Below are positions 33,680 to 44,905 of a stretch of 64,000 nt of DNA, in pieces. The stretch lies in the NCBI GenBank assembly GCA_963804645.1, contig CAWDRG010000015.1, positions 192,001 to 256,000 on the forward strand, read 5' to 3'. Positions within the stretch are counted from its first letter, which is position 1, and each line of letters opens with the position of its first letter. The translations under genes were made by a program, and so were the position numbers. The notes under the pieces are model-generated. The model saw nothing but the letters and a program-made list of their open reading frames with translations, had not been told where the DNA came from and searched no databases. This DNA comes from an uncultured Bacillota bacterium (lineage in GTDB: Bacteria > Sysuimicrobiota > Sysuimicrobiia > Sysuimicrobiales > Segetimicrobiaceae).

Positions 33680-34605
33680 TGATGGAGAGTGCACGTCCGG
33701 CTACGGTCTGGACCGCGCTCAGCGTTCGGGCAGTCTACGGGCGCGTTGCGGTGGTCGCGGACTATCTGGCGCTGATGAAGCCGCGGATCATCCTGCTCTT
33801 GCTGATCACCACGGTCACGACGATGCTGATCGCGACGCCGCACCATGTTCCCGTGGGACTCCTCCTGCTGACTCTGCTGGGCGGAACGCTGGCCGCCGGG
33901 TCGGCGAATGCCTTCAACATGATCATCGATCGAGATACCGATGCGGTCATGCGCCGGACGCGCTCGCGTCCGGTGCCGGCGGGGCGCCTGCAAGTATCGC
34001 ACGTGCTCGCGTTCGGGACGGTCACGGGCCTGCTCTCTATCGTGATGCTGGGGGTCGGCGTGAACCTCGTGAGCGCGGGGCTCTCGACCGCGGGCCTCGT
34101 TTTCTATGTGGGCGTCTACACGCTCTGGTTGAAGCGGCGGACACCCAAGAATATCGTGATCGGCGGCGCGGCCGGCGCCGTGCCGCCGCTTGTGGGGTGG
34201 ACGGCCGTGACCGGGCACCTGGCAATGCCCGCGATGATCCTCTTCGGGATCGTCTTCCTGTGGACGCCGCCGCACTTCTGGGCGCTTGCTCTCGGGAAGG
34301 AGGACAAGTATCGTGCCGCGGCGGTCCCGATGCTTCCGGTCGTGCGCGGGGGGGCCGAGACCCGGCGACAGATCTTCGGGTACACGCTCGCGCTCGCCGC
34401 GATGACGCTCCTCCTGTACGCGCCTCTGCACGTGCTCGGGGTGACCTACCTGATCGCGGCCCTGGTCCTCGACGGTGTCTTCGTCGCGCTCGCGTGGGCG
34501 GTGCTGCGGGGCCGACCCCACATGGACGCGGCACTGTTCGCGTACTCGATTGTGTACCTGGCGCTTCTGTTCTCCGCCATGGCCATCGACCGCCTGGCGG
34601 GCTGA
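33679..34605 (+). CDS. ctaB: Protoheme IX farnesyltransferase (heme O synthase)
   Basis: LMKPRI, NMIIDRDTDAVMRRTRSRP, LKRRT..NIVIGGAAGAVPP, WTPPHFWAL. Confidence 0.93.
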   Translation: MMESARPATVWTALSVRAVYGRVAVVADYLALMKPRIILLLLITTVTTMLIATPHHVPVGLLLLTLLGGTLAAGSANAFNMIIDRDTDAVMRRTRSRPVPAGRLQVSHVLAFGTVTGLLSIVMLGVGVNLVSAGLSTAGLVFYVGVYTLWLKRRTPKNIVIGGAAGAVPPLVGWTAVTGHLAMPAMILFGIVFLWTPPHFWALALGKEDKYRAAAVPMLPVVRGGAETRRQIFGYTLALAAMTLLLYAPLHVLGVTYLIAALVLDGVFVALAWAVLRGRPHMDAALFAYSIVYLALLFSAMAIDRLAG

Positions 34606-34650
34606 CGCCCCTTCGCTTTCATCACACTTCTGTGCGAGGGAGACCTGCGG

Positions 34651-35619
34651 GTGAGTTGGTCTGTCGTGCTCACAACCTGGCACTGGCGCTCCGACGTGCT
34701 CCCGGTGTTGGTGATCGTGGTGGGCGTGTATCTGCGCGGGTGGATGGCGCTCAGGGCCCGCGGTTACGAGCGGGCCGCTCCAGCGCGCCGCCTCGTCGCC
34801 TTCGTGGGTGGCTGGGCGGTGGTGGCGGTGGCGCTCTTAGGCCCGCTCGATGCTTTCCAGTCGGTACGCTTCTCGATCCACATGGGCGAGCACGAACTGC
34901 TGATGATCGTCGCCGCTCCGCTCGTGCTGCTGGGAAGGCCATTGGCTGTGGCCGTGTGGGGGCTTCCGCGGCCTCTGCGGATATGGATCGGACGATCTCT
35001 TCGTCCGGCGGCACCGCCACGCCGCCTGTTCGACCTGGTGACGCGTCCGGCCGCCGCGTGGGGTATCTCCACGGGACTCCTCTGGGCGTGGCATGCTCCT
35101 GCCGCATACAACGCGGTGGAGGTGAATGGATTTCTCCACAACCTTCAGCACCTGTCCTTTTTTGCGGCGGGCCTTCTGCTTTGGTGGCCCGTCATTGGGA
35201 CCCCGCCATCGGGGCATCCGATGAGCCTGGCGGGGCGCGTCGGCTACCTGGCCGCCGCCATGGCGCAGCGAACGCTACTCGGGGGCATCATCACCCTGTC
35301 CGACCGGGTGCTCTTCAGTTACTATCAGGATCTGCCCGGCGTCGGAGTGACCTCGGCGCTTCACGATCAGCGCGTGGCCGGTGCGATCATGTGGTTCGGA
35401 AGTGGGATCGCGCTCCTCGCCGGGACCCTACTGGTAATTTGGAACGTCCCGCTGGCCCCCGGGGAATCGGACGGACCGGCGGTCCGAAATCGGCCCTGCG
35501 AGCGGAAGAGTAGAGGCTCGATCAATGAAGCGGGTGTTCATCGGACACCGGACGCCGACGATCCGTATGACACAGAGGTCCGGCGGATCGTCGACGAATG
35601 CTACAGCCGGGCGCGATAG
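34651..35619 (+). CDS. CtaG-like (caa3 assembly) copper-delivery membrane protein with aberrant C-terminal tail
   Basis: FSIHMGEHELLMIVAAPL, WAWHAP, LQH, DQRVAGAIMW. Confidence 0.85.
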   Translation: MSWSVVLTTWHWRSDVLPVLVIVVGVYLRGWMALRARGYERAAPARRLVAFVGGWAVVAVALLGPLDAFQSVRFSIHMGEHELLMIVAAPLVLLGRPLAVAVWGLPRPLRIWIGRSLRPAAPPRRLFDLVTRPAAAWGISTGLLWAWHAPAAYNAVEVNGFLHNLQHLSFFAAGLLLWWPVIGTPPSGHPMSLAGRVGYLAAAMAQRTLLGGIITLSDRVLFSYYQDLPGVGVTSALHDQRVAGAIMWFGSGIALLAGTLLVIWNVPLAPGESDGPAVRNRPCERKSRGSINEAGVHRTPDADDPYDTEVRRIVDECYSRAR

Positions 35620-35715
35620 GTGCGGACGGAGCACAAGGCGCTGCTGGAGTGGATGGCCAGGGTGCTGCTGGAACGGGGATCGCTCAAGCACCACGAGCTC
35701 GACGCCCTCATCGCC
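35560..35715 (+). pseudogene. FtsH C-terminal remnant
   Basis: DTEVRRIVDECYSRAR*VRTEHKALLEWMARVLLERGSL...ELDALI resembles the FtsH peptidase tail, with an in-frame stop. Confidence 0.6.
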
Positions 35716-35924
35716 GGACCTTCCATAACGGAGCATGGTCCACTGGGACTGCGCGCCATGAGGAACATCCGAGTGGACACCGCGGGACCATCCCATGAAC
35801 ATTCGGTGGCAACCGCCACGGGCGAGCCGCTCGTGTATCGGATAGCGGTCGGGCCAACGGTCGTGACGCCCCCGCCCACCGAACAGGATGACGCGGAGGT
35901 AGTAGTCGGGCTGCGGCGGGGTCG

Positions 35925-37064
35925 GTGGCGATAAGGCCGACCACGCCGCGGGAGGGGCGGGGCCGCGCCGAGTCGCGGGGAGGCCGGCTGGCCCTGATGG
36001 TGCTCAGCACCCTCGCGCTGTTCGGGGGGATGTGGGCGGGCCTTGAGCGCATGGGATGGCCGCTGCCGTCGTTTGCCCCGGCGTTGCCCGTTGCACACGG
36101 CCCGCTCATGGTGTCCGGGTTTTTCGGCACGCTCATCACCCTCGAGCGGGCGGTTGCCATCCAAGAGCCGTGGGCATATGCCGCGCCGTTGTTGAGCGGT
36201 CTCGGCGGCCTCGCGCTTCTCGGCGGTGTGCCGGCCCCGGTCGGACCGCTCTTGATCACACTCGGCAGCCTCGGTCTCGTTGGGATCTTCGGCCGCCTCA
36301 TGCAGCGTCAGCTCGCGTGGTTCGCGGTGATCATGGAAATGGGCGCGCTTATGTGGCTCATGGCGAACGTCGCGTGGCTTGCCGGCGTGGCCCTCCCGGT
36401 CGTCGTCTCGTGGCTCGCCGGCTTTCTCGTCCTCACCATCGTGGGCGAGCGGCTCGAGCTCAGCCGCCTGGCGGGGCGAGACCGCGGCCGTCAGACCGCC
36501 TTCGTCGCGATCACCGCGGTGTACGTGCTCGGGCTCGCGCTTTCGGGCACGACGGGGGCGCCAGGGCAGCGGCTTGCCGGACTCGCAATGGTTGGGCTGG
36601 CGGGATGGTTATGGCGGTACGACATCGCCCGATACACAGTCCGACGGCCGGGTCTCCCCCGCTTCATCGCGGTCGGCCTCTTGTCTGGCTACGTTTGGCT
36701 GGGCGTCGGCGGCGTGCTGTGGGTGGCGTTCGGGGGGGCCCTGACCGGACCACACTACGACGCGATGTTGCACGCAGTCTTCCTCGGGTTCGTGTTCTCG
36801 ATGGTGTTTGCGCACGCGCCGATCATCCTCCCGGCCGTCCTCGGCGGGGCTGTGCCGTATCGGGCGTGGTTCTATAGCCACATCGGGCTGCTCAACTTCT
36901 CACTCGTCGTGCGCCTTGCGGGAGATCTCGACGGCTGGGATTCGGTGCGGGCGTGGGGCGGGCTGTTCGGCGTGGCCGCCATTCTCCTCTTCCTGCTCAA
37001 CACGCTGTCCTCGGCGGCAACAGCTCGCCGGGCGCGACCTCATCCAGCGGAGCACCATCCATGA
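35925..37064 (+). CDS. NnrS-like polytopic membrane protein
   Basis: HGPLMVSGFFGTLITLERA, LTIVGERLELSR, YDAMLHAVFLGFVFSMVFAHAPIILP; context next to NOR-like genes. Confidence 0.7.
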   Translation: MAIRPTTPREGRGRAESRGGRLALMVLSTLALFGGMWAGLERMGWPLPSFAPALPVAHGPLMVSGFFGTLITLERAVAIQEPWAYAAPLLSGLGGLALLGGVPAPVGPLLITLGSLGLVGIFGRLMQRQLAWFAVIMEMGALMWLMANVAWLAGVALPVVVSWLAGFLVLTIVGERLELSRLAGRDRGRQTAFVAITAVYVLGLALSGTTGAPGQRLAGLAMVGLAGWLWRYDIARYTVRRPGLPRFIAVGLLSGYVWLGVGGVLWVAFGGALTGPHYDAMLHAVFLGFVFSMVFAHAPIILPAVLGGAVPYRAWFYSHIGLLNFSLVVRLAGDLDGWDSVRAWGGLFGVAAILLFLLNTLSSAATARRARPHPAEHHP

Positions 37065-37565
37065 CATGGTACCTCATCGCGGTTTCACTCCACATCCTCG
37101 CGGCTTGCGTGTGGATCGGCGGCATGGTGTTCCTCGCCGCGGTGCTGCTCCCCGCGCTCCGTCAGCCGGACTATCGCGGCGTGGCGCTGCCGCTCATCCG
37201 TACGACCGCGATCCGGTTTCGATGGGTGGGGTGGGCCGCGCTGCTCACGCTGGTGATGACCGGCTGTGCGAACCTCGCGGTTCGAGGGTACGGGTGGCGA
37301 CAGGCGCGGGACGGCGAGTTGTGGCACGGATGGTTCGGGCACGTGCTGGGGTTGAAGCTCCTGTTCGTCGCGCTGGTGTTGTTGCTCAGCGCGTGGCACG
37401 ATCTTGCGGCCAGCGGGCAGATGACGAGAATGACGCGAGATAATGCCGGGCCGATCGAACTCCGGCGGTTCCGGCGGCGGGCCGCATGGGTCGGCCGGAT
37501 TGTGCTGTATCCTGTCGGTCGCGATCGTCGTCTTGGGCGTCACCCTCGCCCGTGGGGTTCCCTAG
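37061..37565 (+). CDS. CopD/DUF4149-like membrane protein, frameshift near 37510
   Basis: LHILAACVWIGGMVF, LGLKL, WHD; last helix LSVAIVVLGVTLARG lies in another frame. Confidence 0.7.
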
Positions 37566-39250
37566 CTTTGATGGTCGTTGATCGTCGGAGGCGGTCTCAT
37601 CGGGACTGCGGCGATCAGAGCGTCACGTGTCCCGCGGTCGATTGCCCTGGGTGCCCTCGCAACGGACAAACATCCCGGCTCCACACCGGCGACGGCAGGT
37701 CACTTCTACCCCGGCGTTGACAAACAGCGCAGGCAGATCCGGATGAGTCTGCTCCCCGGACGGGGAGCGAACATCGAGCTCAAGGTCACGCTGCCACTCC
37801 ACAGTATTGTGGTAATCACAATTGAATTTGCCTAGGTACCGGGCGGACCAATGCGCCAACGGCTCTGCTCCAATTCGCGCATGGCATCTGATGGCAGGAG
37901 GTTTGATCAGGACCAGTAATAAGCGTTCGCCACCTTGTCTCGCTGGCATCGAGATGTTGCAGCTGTACCGAGGTGTTGTCGCAGGCGTGGACCGGTACGG
38001 GCACCCAAGGCATCCTTCCTCCCCCTGAGGTTCCGTCGAATAGGCGTGTAAATCTTCAGGCGGCGACCTCCTGACCGTTGGTCGTGACTTTCACGCCATT
38101 CACGAACTTCACGCCTAGGTAGACCTCAGTGGCACGCTCCGGGGCGGTGAGCCGTCGGAAGCGGCGCTCCGCGACCAGCAACAGCTTCCAGATGATCGCG
38201 CGCGCGTTGGCAACCTTCTTGAAGCGTTTCGCGGCATCCGTGCGCAACCGCAAGGCCGCAAAGGGTGACTCCACCGGGTTCGACGTCCGCAGATGTGACC
38301 AGTGCTCCCGGGGGAACTGGTAGAAGGTGACGAACCGGTCCCAGTCGCGATCCAGTACGCGCACGGCGTCCTCGTGCCCCCGGCCGGTGGCCCAGCGCTG
38401 GAAGGCGGCCTTCCGCCGCTCGGCCTCCTCCCGCGTCTCCGCGTGCGTATTTCGCTCATCGTGAACAGTCATTTCGCTCCATCGTGAACACCGTGATCGG
38501 TGATCGTGAACGGAGCGCAAGCGACGATCCCGGAGCATCGCGACGCTGGGCCGGACGAGCGAACAGCGCCTCCCTTCTTCTCGTGGTCGATTGCCGAAGC
38601 TAGCCCTTTCGTTTCGATTACGGATGAGTAACTCCTCGGTGGCGGTCGTCCCCCGGAATGCCGTCCTGCACTGACGCACCGGCTAGACGTGGACAAAAGC
38701 AGCCCCTTGGAAAGCCCGTGGTGGCGTTTTGCACACTCGGGGAGGCATGGCGCTACCCCTCCTTCGCCGGCTTCTCGCGGACTTTCCGCATCGAGTCGCC
38801 CTTGAGTTCAATGCGATGAGCATGATGCAGGATACGATCACAGATGGCGTCGGCCAGGGTCGGGTGCGCCAAATAATCGTGCCAGAGCGCCGGAGCGAGT
38901 TGACTCGTGATCACGGTCGACCTGAGGTCGTAGCGATCCTCGAGGATTTCGAGCAGATCCTGGCGGTCTTGGTCTTGGACCGGCGCCAGCCCCCAATCGT
39001 CGAGCACGAGGACATCGACGCGCGCGAGGCGCGCCAAGAGGCGCGGATAGGTCCCGGCGGCCCGCGCCAGCGTAAGTTCGTGGAACAGCCGCGAGGTACG
39101 CCAATAGAGTGCGCGATAGCCCTGTCGGCAGGCTTGGTGCGCTAACCCGGATAATTCATGTCTTTGATGGCAAGACCCTCGTCTGGAACCGGAAACGCGT
39201 GTCGAATCGCGGCTTGAAGCACACCGGGAGCCGATGAGCGTCTGTACAAA

Positions 39251-39628
39251 TCACAACACCGTGTTCGTGGACTTGCGCGGTGCTCGCTTGGCTCGCTTCG
39301 GGTCGGCCAGCGCGCGTAAGAGGCGGTCGGTTTCCCGAAGCGACAGGGCCTCCATCCGACGGACGAGCACGCGCAGCTGCCGGTGGTTATGCAGCCATTC
39401 CTCACAGAGCCGCGCCTGAGCTTCATTCAAGCGCACGCTGACGGTCTTGCCCCGCACTTTGTAGCTCCACTGATAGTAGGGTCCGTGCAGTTGGGGCGGA
39501 TCGGCCATGCACCGGCACCCCGGATTACCACACGGCATGAAACGCCGCACCACGCTGCCCGGGCGGACGAACCCCAAGCTTCCGACCGCTTGTTTGAGCG
39601 CGTCATACTGTTGCTGACTCGCTGCCAT
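39251..39628 (-). CDS. DUF6788-like small Cys-rich protein, copy A
   Basis: GSVVRRFMPCGNPGCRCMADPPQLHGPYYQW; RBS ggaggag. Confidence 0.8.
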   Translation of the reverse strand: MAASQQQYDALKQAVGSLGFVRPGSVVRRFMPCGNPGCRCMADPPQLHGPYYQWSYKVRGKTVSVRLNEAQARLCEEWLHNHRQLRVLVRRMEALSLRETDRLLRALADPKRAKRAPRKSTNTVL

Positions 39629-39798
39629 CGTCGCTCCTCCCACGTCCCCGACGTCTGCGGGGCGGCACGTGGACACGTGGATGGCCCCTTGACTTCTGGA
39701 AGTATATCAGTTATATTACTGTAAGTCCACCGGGCCTGTCACCTCGCGCGCGCCATCGTCCGCGCGGTCCACCGCGTGCCCCTGGGGGGGATGGTCTC

Positions 39799-41159
39799 AT
39801 GCTGTTGCAGTTCGCCGGGCTCTTTCCGAAACCCGTCGTCGTGGCGTGCGATCAGTTACAGGGCAGTTCGGACGGGGGCGCCATCCTGCTCCGGGCCGCC
39901 GATCTGTGCCTGCGCTTCACCGCGCAACTGGCTCCGTGCCTGGATGATCCGCGCCAGCCCGGCAAGGTGGCGCACGACTCGCGGCCCTGCTGGCGCAGCG
40001 CGTGTACGGCATCGCGTGTGGCTACGCGGATGCCAATGACGCGGCGCACGTGGCGCACGATCCCATCCATAAGCTGCTGCTGGGGCGGGATCCGCTCGCG
40101 GGCGCGGCCTTGGCCTCGCAACCGACGCTCTCACGGTTCGAGAATGCCGTCGACTCCAAGGACGTGTACCGGATGGGCGAGAGGCTGGCGGACTGTGTGA
40201 TCGAGCGTCACCGGCGCCGGCTGCACGGGCGGACGAAGCGCATCACGATCGACCTGGACCCGACCGACGACCCGACGCACGGCGCGCAGCAATTAACCTT
40301 TTGGAATGGGCATTACGACACGTGGTGCTATCTGCCGCTCGTCGCCTTTCTGACCTTCAACAACGAGGCGGAGCAATATCTGGTCGCCGCGGTGTTGCGG
40401 CCGGGCAATGCGTCGGCGAAGGACGGGGCGATCGGGATATTGCGGCGCCTCCTGGCCCGGGTGCGGGCGGCGTTCCCCCTCGCCCGCATTCGGGTACGGT
40501 TGGACGGCGGGTTCGCCGGTCCGGAGGTGTTGACGTTCCTCGAGGCGCAGCCAGGGGTCGCGTATGTGGTGGCGATGGCCAAGAATGACGTGCTGCTCCG
40601 GCTCGCGGAGCGCGCGATGCGGCAGGCGCGGCAGCGGTCAAAGACGAGCGGGCAGACCGAGCATCTCTACGGCGAGGGCCGCTATGCCGCCAAGAGCTGG
40701 AAGGGGGCACTGCGGCGGGTGATTTTCAAAGCCGAGGTCGTCCGGCTCGCCGACCGCGCGCCCAAAGACAATCCGCGGTTCCTCATCACCAATCTCAAGC
40801 GGAGCCCACGGTGGATCTATGCGCACGTGTACTGCGAGCGTGGCGACATCGAGAACCGCATCAAAGAACTCCACGAGGGGATGGAGATCGATCGCACGAG
40901 CTGCTCCACGTTCCTCGCGAACCAGTTCCGCGTCCTGCTGACGGCCGCGGCGTACGTGTTACTGCAGGAGGTGCGGCTGCGGGCGGCGGGCACGGCGTGT
41001 GCGCGAGCCCAGATCGGGACCTTGCGCGAGCGGCTGCTGAAGCTCGGCGCGCGGGTGGACGTCTCCGTGCGCCGCGTGGTCATTCATTTCCCCGTCGCGT
41101 TCCCGTTCCGGAGCAGCTTCGACAAGATCGCCTTGGCCTTCGGCGGGCTGCTCAGATAG
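39799..41159 (+). CDS. IS1380 transposase, frameshift near 39980
   Basis: SSDGGAILL, GYADANDA, LASQPTLSRFEN, IDLDPTDDPTHG, RLDGGF, YCERGDIENRIKE. Confidence 0.88.
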
Positions 41160-41741
41160 CACATCCACGGTCTTCGGCCACATTCTGAAGGTCGTCTCCG
41201 CAGTACACCCCCCAAGAAATACCTGTCGTCCGACTCGGCCCAAATTGGCGGTGCGCCGCTGAACACCCGTTCGCATGAACCCGCTGAAGTATCACCAACA
41301 TCGTCAATGCACATATACTGCACTGAGATAGCCGTTTGCAGTCGCTTCATGAATAATCCGGGCTAAGGCGCAGGCGAGGAAGCTCTTGCCGGTGCCGCAG
41401 GCGCCGACAATGATCACGGCGTGATGTTCGGCGACCCACCGACAGGTCGCGAGTTGGCGCAGCTGGCTGCGCTCAAGGCCGCGTCGGGTCGCGTAGTCGA
41501 CGGCCTCGAGGCAGGCATGACTGGGGCGGAGCTTGGCCTCCTGCAAGGCGCGTGCGAGGCGCCGATTCTCGCGGGCGAGCCATTCCGCTTCGACCAGCAG
41601 CGCGAGCCGCTCATCGAAGGCGAGCGCCGTGACGTTGGGATCCTGCTGTTGCGCCTCCCACGCAGCGACCATGGCTTGCAGCCGGAGCGCACCGAGTTTC
41701 TCGACCGTCGGGTTCGTCAGCATACACTGCTCCTTTTGGCG

Positions 41742-43290
41742 TTATTGGTAATACTCACGTCCTCGCACGTGATCGTGCGAGATCGCCGGGCTGGGCTCGA
41801 GCGTGGTCTGCACCGGCAGCGGCACGCGATCGAGCCCGCGCTTGAGCATGGCATCGACCTGGCGGTACGAGCGCGCGCCCACCGCCAGTGCCCGCGCGCA
41901 CGCCGCCTCGAGCCGCGCGGTCCCGTACCGCTGTCCCAAGCGGAAGAGCCCCAAACAGGATCGATATCCTTGCTCCGGGTGGGGCCGATCTTTCAGGATC
42001 GCGTCGACGAGCGCATGCGTCTCTGGCCCGACCCGTTCGGCCCACTCGAGGATCCGAGAGGGCGTCCACTCGAGGTGCGCTTGATGGGCCTTCGGCATAT
42101 GGGCCGCGACGTGGTGTGGCCGCCCCGCACGAGACTCCGGCGGTGCGCGGCGACGCGCTGGCCGCGATGGAAGATCTCGACCGTCGTCGCCGTGAAGCGC
42201 ACGTCGACGGGCTCGTGGACGAGCGCAAAGGGCGTGGAATAATAGTGCCCGCAACACGTCCACGTGGTAATCGACATTGACCCGCGCGACCTTCCATTCG
42301 CCATAGACGAAAGGCATCGCCGGCAGCGGGCGGAGGACGGGCTGATCGAGGCGTTCGAAGAGCTCGCGCCGACTCGCCTGATACAGGCGCATCGTCCGGC
42401 GGTTCAACTCGTCGACGAGCTCGGCGATGCGGGCGTTGAGGGCCTCGAGGGAAAAGAAGGTCTCATGCCGCAACCGGGCGAGGATCCAGCGTTGGGCCAC
42501 CAAAATTCCCGCTTCGATTTTCGCTTTGTCCCGGGCGCGTGCGGGCGCGTGGGCAAGATCACGGCCCCGTAATGCTGGATGAGCTCCTCGTACGTCCGCT
42601 GCAGTCCCGGCTCATAGCGGCACGGCTCGACGACGCCGCTCTTCAAACAGTCGCACACGACGGCCTCGGGCACACCTCTCAAGAAGGCGAAGGCGCGCTG
42701 GTGGCTGGCGATCCAATCCGGGCCTTGCTGGGTGCGCGTCGCTTCCGCATAGGTGTAGTTGGACGCGCCCATGACGCCGACAAACAACTCGACGGGAATG
42801 ATCTCGCCGCTCACCGGATCGATGTACGAGAGCTTCTTGCCCGAGTAATCGACGAAGAATTTCTCGCCGGCGCGATGGCGTTGCCGCATCGTGAGCCGAT
42901 GCCGATCCAGCCAGCGAGTGTAGAACCCGCAAAATTGCGTGTAGCGATACCCGGTGGTGGGATGTTGTTGCAGATATTCCTCATGCAAGCAGCTGCAGCG
43001 TCACGCCCGGCTTGCGCAGCTCGGTGTGGAGATACACGCCGTCCGGGACGGGCCGGTCGCCGGTAGGGAGCGCTGCACGTCGGTAGAGCCGCGCGTCCAG
43101 GCCGTCATCGGGCAGGGCCTCGACTTGGAGCCAGTCCAGGCCCGCGCACGCGGGCCCGGGACACCGCCATCCCGACCGCGCCCACGCTGACCCCGAGGCT
43201 GCTGGCAATCTCCCGGTGACTGCGTCCCAGGACGAACTTCTGACGAAGAATCTCGCGTGTCTGCCGCATGGATAGCCGCTTCGTCGCCAT
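41742..43290 (-). pseudogene. istA: IstA transposase, several frameshifts
   Basis: MATKRLSMRQTREILR, MRQRHRAGEKFFVDYSG, SNYTYAEAT, QGYRSCLG. Confidence 0.88.
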
Positions 43291-44551
43291 CGTCCCTCCT
43301 CGGGGCGATGACGTATCCGACTACCAGCGTCTGAAAAGTGTCGGTCCAGTCGCCCCCGGCTCCACAGATACCGAACCGTGACGGTAGATACGATCAGGCG
43401 TTCGGGGTGATCACGATGCTCCGAAACGTATGATGCCGAAACGCTGATCACGATGGACCGAAACAGGCGATCACGATGCTCCGAAATGGGCGATCACGAT
43501 GGGCCGAAACGCGCATCCGCGTACGCGATCGCGGTCAGGAGGGGCTTGGCCTGCGGTTGCGCGCGCTTGGGGAGCGTGTCCAGCACGTTGACGATGCGGT
43601 GATTCCAACACCGCTGCTCCGCCGCCTCCGGATACACGTCGCGCAGCGCGCCCCAGATCCCCAGATGGCCATCCCCGATCACCAGCTTCGGCGCGCAGAG
43701 CCCCGCGCGCGCAGCGCCCGCAGGAACGTGCCCCAGGCCTCCGTGGATTCCCGGGGCCCGCTCGCGACGGCGAGGAGCACCTTGCGGCCATCACTCAAGC
43801 CCGCCAGCGCGACCAGGAGCGCGGCCTTGTCCTTCTCCAGACCGGCCTTGACATAGACCCCATCGACCCAGAGGTAGACCACTTCCAGCTCGTCCACCCG
43901 GCGCTGGTTCCACGCCTCGTACTCCCCCTGCCACTTCTCTGTGAGCCGGGCCACCGTGCTCGCGGACAGCGGCGCGGCCTCGCCCAGGAGCCCGCGCAGC
44001 GCCAGCGCCAAATCCCCCTGGGCCAGGCCATGCAGATACAACTCCGGCAGCAGGGCGTTCACTTCGCGCGTCCGGCGGACAAACAACGGCAAGAGCCGAC
44101 TCTCGAACCGGTCCTCCAGCCCGCGGGTGCGCGGACGTCGCACCGTAATCGTCCCGGCGCTCAGCGTCAGCCGCCGCGGCTTGCCATAGCCGTTGCGATA
44201 GCCCGCCGGCGCGTCCACGGCCGGTCGGCGTTGCGCCTTGCGGCGCCCGAGCAGCTCCGTGACTTCCGCCTCGAGGAGATCCTGGAACCACGTCTGGATC
44301 TGCATCCAAGCCCAGGCCTCCAACTTGTCCCAGCTGGGACTTGACGACGTGTCGTGATCCGTGTTCTGCTTGTCCATGGCGGTGTGTTTCCTCCCTGGGG
44401 CCTCTGACAAGGCCTGGTTGTTGGTCTCTCTCTCAGGAGGATACACCGCCTTCAGCATTTACACACCCTTTGAGGGTACCTCTTACACATCCGACATTCC
44501 GCAAGTCTGAGGGGCGGGTTTGCAGATTTTTGCTAGGGGGTTAGACCGCAC

Positions 44552-44905
44552 CTACTTCTCGTGAGGTTCCTTGGCGATCGCGCGTAGCAACCGATCCGTC
44601 TCCTTCCGCGACAGCGTTTCCATCTTGTGCACGATCCGCCGCAACCTGCGATGGTTTTGCAGCCACTGCCCGCAGCGCTGAGCTTGCGCGGCCGTGAGGC
44701 GCCTCGCGATCGACCGGCCGCGAATCTTATAGGTCCAATCGTAGTAAGGCCCGTGGAGCGTCGGTGGATCCGCCATGCAGTGGCAGCCGGGCTTGCCGCA
44801 TCGGGTGAATCGGCGCACGAGCGTGCCAGGCCGGACCCACCCGAGGCGTCCCACCGCGGCCTTGAGCGCCTCATACGTCCGTATCGCGTCTGTCGCGTCC
44901 GCCAT
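44552..44905 (-). CDS. DUF6788-like protein, copy B, inside IS1634
   Basis: GTLVRRFTRCGKPGCHCMADPPTLHGPYYDW. Confidence 0.8.
   Translation of the reverse strand: MADATDAIRTYEALKAAVGRLGWVRPGTLVRRFTRCGKPGCHCMADPPTLHGPYYDWTYKIRGRSIARRLTAAQAQRCGQWLQNHRRLRRIVHKMETLSRKETDRLLRAIAKEPHEK

Larger units (their letters stand above)
39146..41362 (+). mobile_element. IS1380 family element carrying a divergent accessory gene
   Basis: IRs cccggataattcatg / catgaataatccggg; 4 bp TSD CTAA at 39142-39145 and 41363-41366. Confidence 0.9.
38753..41723 (-). pseudogene. istB: IstB ATPase split by IS1380 (41723-41363 and 39145-38753)
   Basis: GACGTGKSFLACAL, then LVLDDWG, TSQL, ADAICDRI. Confidence 0.9.
38444..43515 (-). 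mobile_element. IS21 family element (istA-istB) interrupted by IS1380
   Basis: TG...CA ends with tandem internal repeats (gatcacgatg..ccgaaac); 6 bp TSD TCCGCG at 38438-38443 and 43516-43521. Confidence 0.92.
38027..44482 (-). mobile_element. IS256 family element interrupted by IS21
   Basis: IRs gaggttccgtcgaataggcgtgtaaat / atttacacaccctttgagggtacctc; transposase pieces ~44378-43516 (YRNGY, VDGVYVK, QRCWNH) and 38443-38056 (LRTSNPVES); no target duplication. Confidence 0.9.

Noticed and set aside
43405..43515. CRISPR-like short repeats (gatcacgatg..ccgaaac)
   Set aside because: Spacing too short and irregular, no cas genes; these are IS21 terminal transposase-binding repeats.
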